Source: Planctomycetaceae bacterium (lineage in GTDB: Bacteria; Planctomycetota; Planctomycetia; Pirellulales; UBA1268). From it: DNA of 60,576 nucleotides. A program made the position numbers and the translations under genes. Positions 1 to 9,126 of the stretch are shown in pieces. How positions within the stretch are numbered: the first letter of the stretch is position 1; every line of letters starts with the position of its first letter. The DNA lies in NCBI GenBank assembly GCA_947453375.1, contig CANGGT010000002.1:1-60576 (forward strand). Direction: 5' to 3'. Under the pieces are notes generated by a model that was not told the DNA's origin, ran no database searches, and saw only the letters and a program-made list of their open reading frames with translations.

Positions 1-336
1 ATGGAGGAGCACCGGCACCGCCAGCAGCGCCACACACCCGCGCTCGGCGGTCAGCCAGAGTCCACCAAGGCATTTGGCAGCCGCCTCGGCCTCGATCGCC
101 AGGGCAACCGGCAGGAGGATGACGAGGAAGCGGTCGAGCCCCGTCGTCGGCGGCAGCGAGGGGAGGGCGCGGAGCATGCACAGCCCCGCGACCACTCCCC
201 AGACGAAGGCCACGATCACCGCCACCGCGGCGAGGGCCGGCTCGCGCCGCGAAATCCCGGCGCCGACGATGCCGAGCGCGGCGGCCACAGCAAACGCGCC
301 CAGCACCGCGCCGACCACCACCCCGATGTCGGGCAC
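1..336 (-). CDS. hypothetical polytopic membrane protein, N-terminal part only (gene runs off the window start)
   Basis: Not in the ORF track because there is no stop in the window. Reading the reverse complement from GTG at 336..334 gives VPDIGVVVGAVLGAFAVAAALGIVGAGISRREPALAAVAVIVAFVWGVVAGLCMLRALPSLPPTTGLDRFLVILLPVALAIEAEAAAKCLGGLWLTAERGCVALLAVPVLLH. The frame is open to position 1 and shows clear hydrophobic helices. It starts 4 nt after the stop of the upstream YceI gene. Confidence 0.35.
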   Translation of the reverse strand, partial: MPDIGVVVGAVLGAFAVAAALGIVGAGISRREPALAAVAVIVAFVWGVVAGLCMLRALPSLPPTTGLDRFLVILLPVALAIEAEAAAKCLGGLWLTAERGCVALLAVPVLLH

Positions 337-340
337 GGGG

Positions 341-907
341 TCAGTCCCGCTGGCCGGCGCAGTCGATGATGATGATCGCCTCGTCACCGATGTTGCCGAT
401 CTGCCCCTTGTCGAAGTTGAAGTCGCTGCGCTTGAGCTTGAGCTCCGTGCCGAAGCCGACACGCTTCTTCCCCATCGCCTCGATCTCCTTGCCACCGACG
501 AGGTTGATCGTCACCGGCTTGGTAACGCCGTGCATCGTGAAGTTACCGGTCACCTCGTAGCCGTCGGGAATCGCCTTCACGGCGGTGCTGCGGAACTCGA
601 TCGTCGGGAACTGCTTGGTATCGAAGTAGTCGGGCTGGCGGAGATGCTCGTCGCGGGCGGCGTTGGCGGTATCGACGCTGTCGGCCTTGATCGTGAGGGA
701 GAACGTCGACTTCGAGGGATCCTGACGGTCGAGGGAGAACTTCCCGGAGACGTCGTTGAAGCGCCCTTGGATCCAGCTGATGTCGAGGAAGCGGGCCTTG
801 AAGCCGACCGATGAATGGACGAGGTCGTAGTCGTAATCGTCGGCGGCATGGAGCGATCCGACGGCAAGGGCGAGAACGACGGCGAACAGGGCAGACAGGC
901 GAGGCAT
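341..907 (-). CDS. YceI family periplasmic protein (polyisoprenoid-binding-like)
   Basis: Track ORF 341..988 trimmed to the internal ATG (907..905). Signal peptide MPRLSALFAVVLALAVGSLHA. YceI-type motifs HSSVGFKARFLDISWIQGRF and TGNFTMHGVTKPVT. Confidence 0.8.
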   Translation of the reverse strand: MPRLSALFAVVLALAVGSLHAADDYDYDLVHSSVGFKARFLDISWIQGRFNDVSGKFSLDRQDPSKSTFSLTIKADSVDTANAARDEHLRQPDYFDTKQFPTIEFRSTAVKAIPDGYEVTGNFTMHGVTKPVTINLVGGKEIEAMGKKRVGFGTELKLKRSDFNFDKGQIGNIGDEAIIIIDCAGQRD

Positions 908-1039
908 GAGAAGACTCCGCGGACGGGAATGGAACTCGCGGGGCGGTCGACAGGGGCGGCGTGCCCCTTCCGATCCAGTCGCCCCCAACGGCGTCGGAGC
1001 ATACCATCCCCTCGGGCCTGCCGGGCGTGAGCCGCGCCG

Positions 1040-2236
1040 TCACCCGGCCGGCGGCACTTCGCTGGCCGCGTCGAGAAAAAGCTCGCGGTTGGCGCCGAGT
1101 ACGGCGGCCGAACGCGACACCTCGAGAGCGTGGGCATGGGCTGCCACCGCCGCCGCCCGCAGCGCCGCGGCATCGCGCCCTGCGGCCGACTCGAGCACCT
1201 CGACGAACGCCTGAGGATCGGCAAGCGGGCGCACCCACCCCGACCCCCGGGCGTCGAGATCCTGCCACGGCGTCTGGTCGCTCACCAAGACCGGGACACC
1301 GGCCGCGAGCGCTTCGAAAATCACGTGCCCGAAGTTCTCGCCGAGGGTGGGAAAGAGCATGAGGTCGTAACGGGCGAGCGTCTTGCGAACATCCTCGTGG
1401 CGCACCTCCCCCTTCCACTCGATCGTGCATCCGGCCGGTGCCTGGGCGATCGCCCGCTGGCAGGTTTCCCAGTAGGCGGGATCCTCGAGCGGCCCGAGGA
1501 TGTCGAGGTGGATCGGTTGCCGCACCCGACGGATGACGTCGATGGCGTAGAGAAGATTCTTCTTCGGCGACAGCCGCGAGAGGAAACAGACTCGCATCGG
1601 CGCCGCACGCTCCGGTTGCACGGCCGGGAGCGGCCCGACCTGCTCGGTGAGATCGGCCGCGACCCTGATCCGCGCTCCCGTCCCCATCACCCGGCGGATG
1701 TCCTCCCGCTCGAGATCGCTCGATGCCTGCCAGATGACCCCGTTGTGGAGACCGACCGCCCGGCAGCAGGCGATACACGGCTTCTTCTTCCAAGCCTTGA
1801 GGGCCAGTGCTCCTTTGGAAAACTCCCCCCGCGGCGCGATCACCCACGGCACCCGACGGCCGGTCATCCCGAGTCGCCTGGCCACAAGCGGCAGCAGCGA
1901 GAACCTCGCGTCGAAGAAGCTGTTGAGATAGACGACGTCCGGATCAACCGCACGAATCATCCGCGCTATCGCCGAGAGGCCCCGCTCGCGATCACCGGCA
2001 TACATCACCCGGGCACCATCGACTTCGCCCCACTCGCCTGGCACGATGCCGGCAAACGGCGCCGTGTCTCCAACGTCGCGGTCGCGCGTGAAGTAACGGA
2101 AGTCGATCGCGTCGCCCAATTGGGCCGCCATGTTGCGGAGCGTGCGGACCGCCCCCCCCGCCCGGAACGCCGGCCAGTAATGGGGAGCGAAGACGAGGAC
2201 GACCGGGCGGCGTGACGGCGGTTGTTGGATCTCCAT
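1040..2236 (-). CDS. glycosyltransferase, group 1 / GT4 family
   Basis: Track ORF 1040..2335 trimmed to ATG 2236 (MEIQQPPSRRPVVLVFAPHYWP). The C-terminal GT-B motif is present: LMLFPTLGENFGHVIFEALAAGVPVLVSD. Confidence 0.8.
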   Translation of the reverse strand: MEIQQPPSRRPVVLVFAPHYWPAFRAGGAVRTLRNMAAQLGDAIDFRYFTRDRDVGDTAPFAGIVPGEWGEVDGARVMYAGDRERGLSAIARMIRAVDPDVVYLNSFFDARFSLLPLVARRLGMTGRRVPWVIAPRGEFSKGALALKAWKKKPCIACCRAVGLHNGVIWQASSDLEREDIRRVMGTGARIRVAADLTEQVGPLPAVQPERAAPMRVCFLSRLSPKKNLLYAIDVIRRVRQPIHLDILGPLEDPAYWETCQRAIAQAPAGCTIEWKGEVRHEDVRKTLARYDLMLFPTLGENFGHVIFEALAAGVPVLVSDQTPWQDLDARGSGWVRPLADPQAFVEVLESAAGRDAAALRAAAVAAHAHALEVSRSAAVLGANRELFLDAASEVPPAG

Positions 2237-2350
2237 CGGCGACAACGCAGAAGACCGGCTGGCTGTGGACAAGGTGCCGCGTCGGTGAGCACCGGCGCTG
2301 CCCGCCTCGACGTGGCGTCTGGGCCATGGTAGCACGCCCCCGGTGGCCGA

Positions 2351-5300
2351 TCACCCCGACGATCGCAGCGCCGCGTGGAGGATCTCCACCGGATGGAGGG
2401 CCGTGCGACCGGTGCCATCCTTGATCTGGTGTCGGCAGCTCGTCCCAGGGGCGGCGATCAACACGTCGGCCCCCGCTTCCCGCACCGCCGGGAAGAGCAC
2501 GAGTTCCCCGATCCGCATCGAGACGTCGAAATGCTCCCGTTCGTAGCCGAACGAGCCGGCCATACCGCAGCAGCCGCTGGGGATCGGCTCGACGGAATAG
2601 TTCCGCGGGATCGACAGGGCCGTCACGGTCGGTTGGATCGAGGCCAGCGCCTTCTGATGGCAGTGCCCATGGAGTCGGATCGTGCGGCGCTCGTCAGTGA
2701 ACGCCTCCGGGCCGATCCTCCCTGCCGCCGCCTCACGGGCGAGAAATTCATCGATCAACAGCGCTCGCCCGGCCAGCCGCCGCGCGGCGGGGATCATGTC
2801 GCGCGGCACGAGATCGGGTACCTCGTCGCGGAAGCCGAGGATCGCCGACGGCTCGATCCCTACCAGCGGCGCCTCGTCGGTGATCACACAATCGAGCCGG
2901 CGGACGTTCTCGATCGCCAGCTTCCGCGCCTCGCGAAGGAGCCCCTTCGAGATCTGCGGTCGACCGCTGGCAACATGATCGGGTATCGAAACCTCATAGC
3001 CGAGCCGCTCGAGGAGCTCGACGGCCCGAATCCCTACCGGAGCGTCGAGGGTGTCGGTGAACTCATCGCAGAACAGGTGGACACGGCCGAGTCGTCCGGG
3101 AAGCCGTGGCCGGCTCCGCATGAAGCGCGAGAGCGTCGTGCCGTGGACGCGCGGCAGCGACCGGCCCGCCGCGAATCCCATCCCCCACTTGAGCAGCCCC
3201 GCGATCCCCGGGGCGGTGACGAGGGTGTTGTAGATCCAGGGCACGCGCGCCGCCCATTGCATCGCCCGCCCCGTGTCGGCGATGAGTCTCGTCCGCAGCG
3301 GGACGCCGTGGGCGTCGATCCAGTGCTGCTCCCATTCGCTCTTGAGCCTCGCCATGTCGACGTTCGACGGGCACTCGCTCTTGCAACCCTTGCAGGAGAG
3401 GCACAGATCCATCACCTCGGCAAGCTCGGGCGTCGTCCAGGGATTGGCCCCCGGGCTTCCGGCCGTCGAAGCCAGCGCCTGGCGGAGCACATTGGCCCGG
3501 GCCCGGGTCGTGTCCTTCTCGTCGCGCGTCGCCATGTAGCTGGGGCACATCGTCCCCCCCATCGCGGCCGACTTCCGGCACTGGCCGACGCCTCCACACT
3601 TCTCCGCCGCCCGCAGCACTCCCTGCACGGCATCGAAATTGAACACCGTCTCGTGGCTCGGCTCCGGTTCGCCCGGCACGATCCGCAGCTGCGTATCCAT
3701 CGGCAGCGTGTCGACGATCTTGCCGGGATTGAGGATGCCCCGCGGATCGAACAGCCGCTTCACCCGGACGAGATGCTCGTAGCAGGCATCCCCGACCATC
3801 GTGCGGATGAACTCGCCGCGGAGCCGGCCGTCGCCATGCTCGCCACTCAAAGAACCGCGGTATTTCTTGACGAGGTGCGCGACGTCGGTGGCGACATCGC
3901 GGAACATCTTCAAGCCCTCGACGGTGCGGAGGTCGAACAGCGGCCGGAGATGGAGCTCGCCGGCGCCGGCATGGGCGTAGTGGATGCAATCGATGCCGTA
4001 CTTCTCGGCGAGAAGCCGGTCGAAGTCGGCGATGTAGGCGGGGAGATCGTCGATCGCAACGGCGGTGTCCTCGACGATCTCGCGCGGCTTCTTGTCGCCG
4101 GGGATGTTCTGCACGAGCCCCTGTCCGGCCCGGCGCAGCTCCCAGACCTTGTTGGCATCGTCACCGAAGAGGCGCGGATAGGCGTGGCCGATCCCCGCCG
4201 ATGCAAGCGCCCGCTCGGTTGCCGAAAGCGCCCGCTCGATCGCGGCCCGATCGGCGTGGCGGATCTCGACGACGAGGATCGCTCCGGGATCACCGACGAC
4301 GAAGCTGCGGTTGCGGGTCTGCTCGGCGTTGCCCTTCGTGCATTCGAGGATCTTCCGATCGATCAGCTCGCAGCCGGAGAGCACGGCCCCTTCCACCGCC
4401 GCGGCCCCCTTCCCCTCGTGCATGACCACAACGGCCCCGCGGAGTGCCTCGTCGACGCTGGCACAATGGGCCACGAGCAGCCCCCCCGGCGCCGGCAGAT
4501 CGATCAGCCCGAGTTCGAACTCCACCCCGAGAAACAGCGTTCCCTCCGAGCCGGCGACGAGCTTGCAGGCGTTGAAGGGATGCGGGCTCCCCGGGTCGAA
4601 GCAATCGGCGTCCATGAGGGCGTCGAGGGCGTAGCCGGTGTTGCGGCGGGTGACGGCCGCCTTCGGAAAGCTCCGCTCCACCTCGGCGCGCACGACAGCA
4701 TCGCCGAGAAGGTCGCGAAGCCCCTTGTGGATCCTCGTCTCGAGCGAGTCGGGGCCGGCGCACTTCGCCGCGAACTCGGCAGCCGATTCCGCCGCGAAGG
4801 TCACCTCCGAACCGTCTGCGAGGAATCCTCGTGCGGCGCGGAGATGGTCGCGCGTCGTCCCCCAGGCGATCGAGTTTGAGCCACAGGAATTGTTCCCCAC
4901 CATCCCGCCGATCATCGCCCAGGAGGCCGTTGACGTTTCGGGGCCGAAGTACAGGCCGTGGGGAGCGAGGGCCTGATTGAGGGCGTTGCGGACCACCCCC
5001 GGCTGAACGCGCACCGTGCGCCGCTCGACGTCGATCGCCACGATCCTGTTCATGTGGCGGCCGGTATCGACGACGATCCCCCCTCCGACCACTTGGCCGG
5101 CAAGCGACGTGCCGGCGCCGCGTGGGATGATCCCCACCCCTTCGGCCGCAGCAAACCGGACGATCTCGCCGACATCGGCGTCGGTCCTGGGAAGCGCCAC
5201 CGCCAGCGGCCGCTCCTGGTATTCGGAGGCATCGGTGGCGTAGATCGTCCGCGTCGTGTCATCGACGAGCAGTTCGCCGGTGAGCCGCGTCGCGAGCCCC

Positions 5301-5377
5301 GCCAAACGCTCGCGAAAGCCGGGGGTTTCGTGCTGTTGCAGGGCCTGGCGGGGGGACTGGGGCAGGGCGGTCGTCAT
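2351..5377 (-). CDS. fused FAD-linked oxidase (GlcD-like) / Fe-S CCG-domain oxidoreductase, YdiJ-like 2-hydroxyacid dehydrogenase
   Basis: 1008-aa ORF. N-terminal FAD-binding PCMH region (IIPRGAGTSLAGQVVGGGIVVD). Central ferredoxin-type Cys clusters (CGGVGQCRK..CPSY; CLSCKGCKSECPSNVD). C-terminal CCG motifs (HGHCHQKA, SGCCGMAGSFGYE). Length and architecture match E. coli YdiJ-type proteins. Confidence 0.85.
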   Translation of the reverse strand: MTTALPQSPRQALQQHETPGFRERLAGLATRLTGELLVDDTTRTIYATDASEYQERPLAVALPRTDADVGEIVRFAAAEGVGIIPRGAGTSLAGQVVGGGIVVDTGRHMNRIVAIDVERRTVRVQPGVVRNALNQALAPHGLYFGPETSTASWAMIGGMVGNNSCGSNSIAWGTTRDHLRAARGFLADGSEVTFAAESAAEFAAKCAGPDSLETRIHKGLRDLLGDAVVRAEVERSFPKAAVTRRNTGYALDALMDADCFDPGSPHPFNACKLVAGSEGTLFLGVEFELGLIDLPAPGGLLVAHCASVDEALRGAVVVMHEGKGAAAVEGAVLSGCELIDRKILECTKGNAEQTRNRSFVVGDPGAILVVEIRHADRAAIERALSATERALASAGIGHAYPRLFGDDANKVWELRRAGQGLVQNIPGDKKPREIVEDTAVAIDDLPAYIADFDRLLAEKYGIDCIHYAHAGAGELHLRPLFDLRTVEGLKMFRDVATDVAHLVKKYRGSLSGEHGDGRLRGEFIRTMVGDACYEHLVRVKRLFDPRGILNPGKIVDTLPMDTQLRIVPGEPEPSHETVFNFDAVQGVLRAAEKCGGVGQCRKSAAMGGTMCPSYMATRDEKDTTRARANVLRQALASTAGSPGANPWTTPELAEVMDLCLSCKGCKSECPSNVDMARLKSEWEQHWIDAHGVPLRTRLIADTGRAMQWAARVPWIYNTLVTAPGIAGLLKWGMGFAAGRSLPRVHGTTLSRFMRSRPRLPGRLGRVHLFCDEFTDTLDAPVGIRAVELLERLGYEVSIPDHVASGRPQISKGLLREARKLAIENVRRLDCVITDEAPLVGIEPSAILGFRDEVPDLVPRDMIPAARRLAGRALLIDEFLAREAAAGRIGPEAFTDERRTIRLHGHCHQKALASIQPTVTALSIPRNYSVEPIPSGCCGMAGSFGYEREHFDVSMRIGELVLFPAVREAGADVLIAAPGTSCRHQIKDGTGRTALHPVEILHAALRSSG

Positions 5378-5541
5378 GGTGGGCTTGAACTCACACGGGA
5401 ACCTCGGGCGACAGACTCAAGGCCCGTCGCAACCGCGATCCAGTATGCGCGGTTTCCGAAAGGCCTGCCCGGAAGCGGGGCAAGACGGTCGATGGCTGCC
5501 GGGGCGTCGAGCCGGCACTTTCTCCGCGGCCTGCTCGCGAG

Positions 5542-7455
5542 TCACGGCGCGGGAGCAACGGCCTCGACCCTTTTCGGGGGATCGGAGAAACCGGGGAGAT
5601 AGGGCACCGACGCGCTGACGAACTGGCCGGCATTGGGCCCGTCGATGCACAACCCCTGCGCCCAGACGTAGCTGTCGATGCCACGGACGTACAACTCGGC
5701 ACCCTGGAGAGGGGGTTGGCCAGCCAGCACCTCCGGCCAGGTCGCCCCGGCGACGTACGCGTCGGGCCAGACCTCGGGTTGGGGGTCGGCGAGGAGCGGA
5801 TCGATGAGGATGGGCCTGCCCCCCTCCTTCGCACCGAACAGCACCGGCACGGAATGCCCCGCGCCCCCTGTGAGCCAGCGGACATGCCCGACGCCGCTGC
5901 GGCCGTCGTTACGGTAGCGGGTAAGCACCATGTCGGTGGCGCGGACGCAGTCGATCACCCCGCTCTCGAGCGACTGGCGGAGCGTGAGCGTGGGGCCATA
6001 GGAGGCGCGGGACGCAAACGCATCCCGCGCCTCCATGCAGGCCGCGCGGAATGCATCGGCATCGCCCACCGCCGGATCCGTCAGCGGCTCGGCGTGGAGG
6101 GCGTCGGCGTAGCGGTCAGACCAGTCAAATCCCGCAAAGAAGTGGCCGCGGTAAACAAACGCGCCCATCACCCGGTCGACCGAAGCCCGCGGCGTGATCC
6201 GGTCGAAGCGGCGGAGCACCTCACATTGTTCGTCCGCAGTGCCGGCCTGGGTCGCCCGGAAGAGCGAATTGAAGAGGAAACTCGTTTCATACGGCGTCCG
6301 CGTGGCCCGCAGGAGCGTCGAGCGGTTGGCCTCCCCGAGAGCGGCGAGGTAGGCAAGGAACGTCGGACGCAGGAGCGGGGGAACAAGGAGGGCCGGCCCC
6401 GTCACCGGCTGATCGGTCTGGAGGGCCGCAAGCAACTCCTTGGAGACTGCGAAGATCTTCTCCGCCTGCCGCTCCACCTCGAGATAGTTGTCGCGGCCAT
6501 GGAGCGTGAGGAGGCCGGCCGGCAGCGAGGAAGGGCTGGCCCCGACGACATACGGAGTCCCCAGCCGATCGGCGACCTCGAAGCACCCCCGGCACATCTG
6601 TTGGAATCGGAGCGCCTCGAGGTGGTTTTCGGAAAGGAACACCGTCCAGCGGTGGAGATCGACGATCCGCCAGACGGCACCGGACAACTCGTGGGCCCAG
6701 CGGCGGGCGCCGGCCAGATCGCGGCGTTCGATCGATGCCGAGAGCCTCGCGAGGCACAACCCCGGCCAGGTATCACCGCTGGGCTCCGGAAGCGCGGCCA
6801 CGAGATCCTGGGGCCAAGCCGCGGCATCGGCGGGCTTGAACCCTTCGAGACGCTCGACGAGCCGTTCGGTCTGGAGAAAAAATCTGTTCGCCCTGGCAAG
6901 CGCTGCGGAGTGGAGCGCCGACTGGTTCGCAAGATGGGTGACCAGCCGCGACTGGTGCCAGGCGTAGTCGGCGGCTGCCGAGGCGATCGATGCCCTCCCC
7001 GCTTCGAGGAGGATCGAGATCGTCGTGCCTGGGCCGCCGTCGAGATCGACGGAAAACCGCGGCCCGAGCTTCTCGAGCTCCTCGCGTTCCACCAGGGAGA
7101 TGCAGCTCCCCTCGGCCACGTTGCGGCTCCCGAGAAGGAGCGGTCGGCTGATCCGGGCAACCGATTGCCACTGCCGATCGACCGAGACGATCAGCGGCTC
7201 CTCGGCATCCGCCTGCGGCGGGGAGCTTGCATCGGCCGGCGTCCGGCGGGGACCGCCAAGCGAGTCTCCGGCGCCGGAGGCGGAAGACCGATTAGCCGCC
7301 TGAACCACATCGCCGAAGAACGGACGAAAGACACAGCGATCGACAACGGCGCCGGAAAGCATGCCGAGCGCCGACACCGCGAGCAGTCGCGAAGCCCCCC
7401 CGCTCATCAGGCCACGGAACGAGCGCGAAAGCTGGTCCAGCAGGACGGCGTGCAT
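5542..7455 (-). CDS. hypothetical membrane-anchored protein (638 aa)
   Basis: Track ORF 5542..7842 trimmed to ATG 7455 (MHAVLLDQL..), because the longer form would overlap the divergent STAS gene. N-terminal hydrophobic anchor LLAVSALGMLSGAVV. Codon third positions are G/C-rich throughout. I recognise no family. Confidence 0.55.
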   Translation of the reverse strand: MHAVLLDQLSRSFRGLMSGGASRLLAVSALGMLSGAVVDRCVFRPFFGDVVQAANRSSASGAGDSLGGPRRTPADASSPPQADAEEPLIVSVDRQWQSVARISRPLLLGSRNVAEGSCISLVEREELEKLGPRFSVDLDGGPGTTISILLEAGRASIASAAADYAWHQSRLVTHLANQSALHSAALARANRFFLQTERLVERLEGFKPADAAAWPQDLVAALPEPSGDTWPGLCLARLSASIERRDLAGARRWAHELSGAVWRIVDLHRWTVFLSENHLEALRFQQMCRGCFEVADRLGTPYVVGASPSSLPAGLLTLHGRDNYLEVERQAEKIFAVSKELLAALQTDQPVTGPALLVPPLLRPTFLAYLAALGEANRSTLLRATRTPYETSFLFNSLFRATQAGTADEQCEVLRRFDRITPRASVDRVMGAFVYRGHFFAGFDWSDRYADALHAEPLTDPAVGDADAFRAACMEARDAFASRASYGPTLTLRQSLESGVIDCVRATDMVLTRYRNDGRSGVGHVRWLTGGAGHSVPVLFGAKEGGRPILIDPLLADPQPEVWPDAYVAGATWPEVLAGQPPLQGAELYVRGIDSYVWAQGLCIDGPNAGQFVSASVPYLPGFSDPPKRVEAVAPAP

Positions 7456-7657
7456 GGGCAGCGACAACTCCGTTCTGTGAGGACGAGAAATCCTTTTGAG
7501 ACCGTAAGCTACCCACTCGATCCGCACTTGAGAAGCATTTCGGACGACGAATCGCTCCCCCCGCTTATTTCCACGGTTCTTCGCCCATGAGGGGCTCGGG
7601 GAGAGGTATCTTCCTTGCGGAGAGACGCCCCCTGAACAGCGACCGGGAAGGCCCCCG

Positions 7658-8041
7658 ATGAGTGACGTGCTGCCCGAATCCCCCACGGTCGACTTCCGCC
7701 GCCTCGGCGCCGTCACTGTGGCGACCCTCCTCGACAAGCGCGTCCTCGGGGCGCGGGCGACGTCCCTCTTCGAGGACCATCTCCTGCCGGTCGCCGATGC
7801 CCTCGCCGGCGATGGGCTGGTGATCGACTTCTCCCGGGTCACCTACTTCGGGAGTGATTCCTTCGGCCGCCTCGTCCTCCTGGCTGGCCGGGTGGACCGT
7901 TCCCGGGGCTGGCTGACGCTGTGCCATGTCGATGGGAAGATCCGCGAGGTGTTCCGCGTCACCCGCCTCGACACGAGATTCGACATCGCCGACGACCTCG
8001 TCACGGCGATCGGCTCGAGCCGGCCGACCGAACCGGGCTGA
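7658..8041 (+). CDS. STAS domain protein (anti-sigma-factor antagonist, SpoIIAA-like)
   Basis: 127 aa. Typical STAS pattern LVIDFSRVTYFGSDSFGRLVLL...LTLCHVDGKIREVFRVTRLDTRFDI. Confidence 0.75.
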   Translation: MSDVLPESPTVDFRRLGAVTVATLLDKRVLGARATSLFEDHLLPVADALAGDGLVIDFSRVTYFGSDSFGRLVLLAGRVDRSRGWLTLCHVDGKIREVFRVTRLDTRFDIADDLVTAIGSSRPTEPG

Positions 8042-8057
8042 AGGGAACGCGAGGCTC

Positions 8058-9113
8058 ATGTCACGCGAGAGGCAACGGTCGCTGTTCGACGACGACCCGC
8101 TCCCGGAATCCCCGGTGGCTAAGCCCCCGCGCGTCGAGCCGGTCGCGCCGGCCCTCGTCGCCGCAGACATCCAAGCCCTTGGCGACCGGCTTCCGACGCA
8201 GGTCCACCTCGGCACATCGAGCTGGTCGTTTCCTGGCTGGACGGGCCTCGTCTACGCGCCGCGCCACGGCAAGCCGGAGAGCGAACAGCGTCTGGCGCGA
8301 GGGGGCCTGGCTGCCTACGCGCAGCATCCCCTCTTCGGCAGCGTGAGCCTCGATCGAACCTTTTATGCACCGCTGCTTGCCGATGAATACGCCGTCTACG
8401 CCGCGGCGGTGCCGGATGACTTCCGGTTTGTCGTCAAGGCGCCGGCCGCGGTCACCGATCCCTTCAAACGCGCCGGGAACTCCGGCCTTGTCAGCGGTGA
8501 CAATCCCACGTTCCTCGACGCCGCCACCGCGCACGCCGTCTGCGTCGCCCCGGCGATCGCCGGCCTGGGAGCAAAGCTCGGCGCGATCGTGTTTCAGTTT
8601 CCTCCCCTCGGCCGGGCGCTGCTCGCCGACGTGCCGCGGCTTGTCGCCCGCCTCGTGGCCTTCGTGGCGGCGCTGCCGCGCACGCGTTCCGACGCTCTCC
8701 CCCACGGGCCGAGCTTGGCCCTCGAGATTCGCGATCCTGCGCTCGTCTGCGAAGCCCTTGCGGCGGGCCTCGTCGACAGCGGCGCCATCCCGTGCCTCGC
8801 AGCGCACGCGCGAATGCCGCCGCTCGACGAGCAGGCGGAGGTGTGGCGGATCGATCGCTTCCCGCTCTCGAGCCCGCTCGTCATTCGCTGGAATCTTCAT
8901 GCCGGCAAGGACTACGAAGGGGCGAAGCAGGAATACTTCCCTTTCGACCGGCTCGTCGAGGAGGATCTCCAGACGCGCGACAGCCTCGCCCGGCTCGTCC
9001 GCACCCAGGCGCGGTCGGGGCGCACGGTCCTCGTGACGATCAACAACAAAGCGGAAGGCTCGGCGCCGTGGAGCGTCCGCCGCCTTGCCGAGGCGATCAC
9101 AGGCTGCAACTGA
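8058..9113 (+). CDS. DUF72 (UPF0759, YecE-like) domain protein
   Basis: Track ORF 7926..9113 trimmed to ATG 8058 (MSRERQRSLF), 16 nt after the STAS stop. DUF72-type motifs LGTSSWSFPGW, FGSVSLDRTFYAP and FRFVVKAP. Confidence 0.7.
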   Translation: MSRERQRSLFDDDPLPESPVAKPPRVEPVAPALVAADIQALGDRLPTQVHLGTSSWSFPGWTGLVYAPRHGKPESEQRLARGGLAAYAQHPLFGSVSLDRTFYAPLLADEYAVYAAAVPDDFRFVVKAPAAVTDPFKRAGNSGLVSGDNPTFLDAATAHAVCVAPAIAGLGAKLGAIVFQFPPLGRALLADVPRLVARLVAFVAALPRTRSDALPHGPSLALEIRDPALVCEALAAGLVDSGAIPCLAAHARMPPLDEQAEVWRIDRFPLSSPLVIRWNLHAGKDYEGAKQEYFPFDRLVEEDLQTRDSLARLVRTQARSGRTVLVTINNKAEGSAPWSVRRLAEAITGCN

Positions 9114-9126
9114 CCGCGTCTGCGAG

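Noticed and set aside
2375-4879. 834-aa plus-strand ORF
   Set aside because: It is antisense to the well-supported YdiJ-like oxidase. The product is Arg/Gly/Pro/Asp-rich with no motifs. It is the expected stop-free antisense frame in high-G+C DNA.
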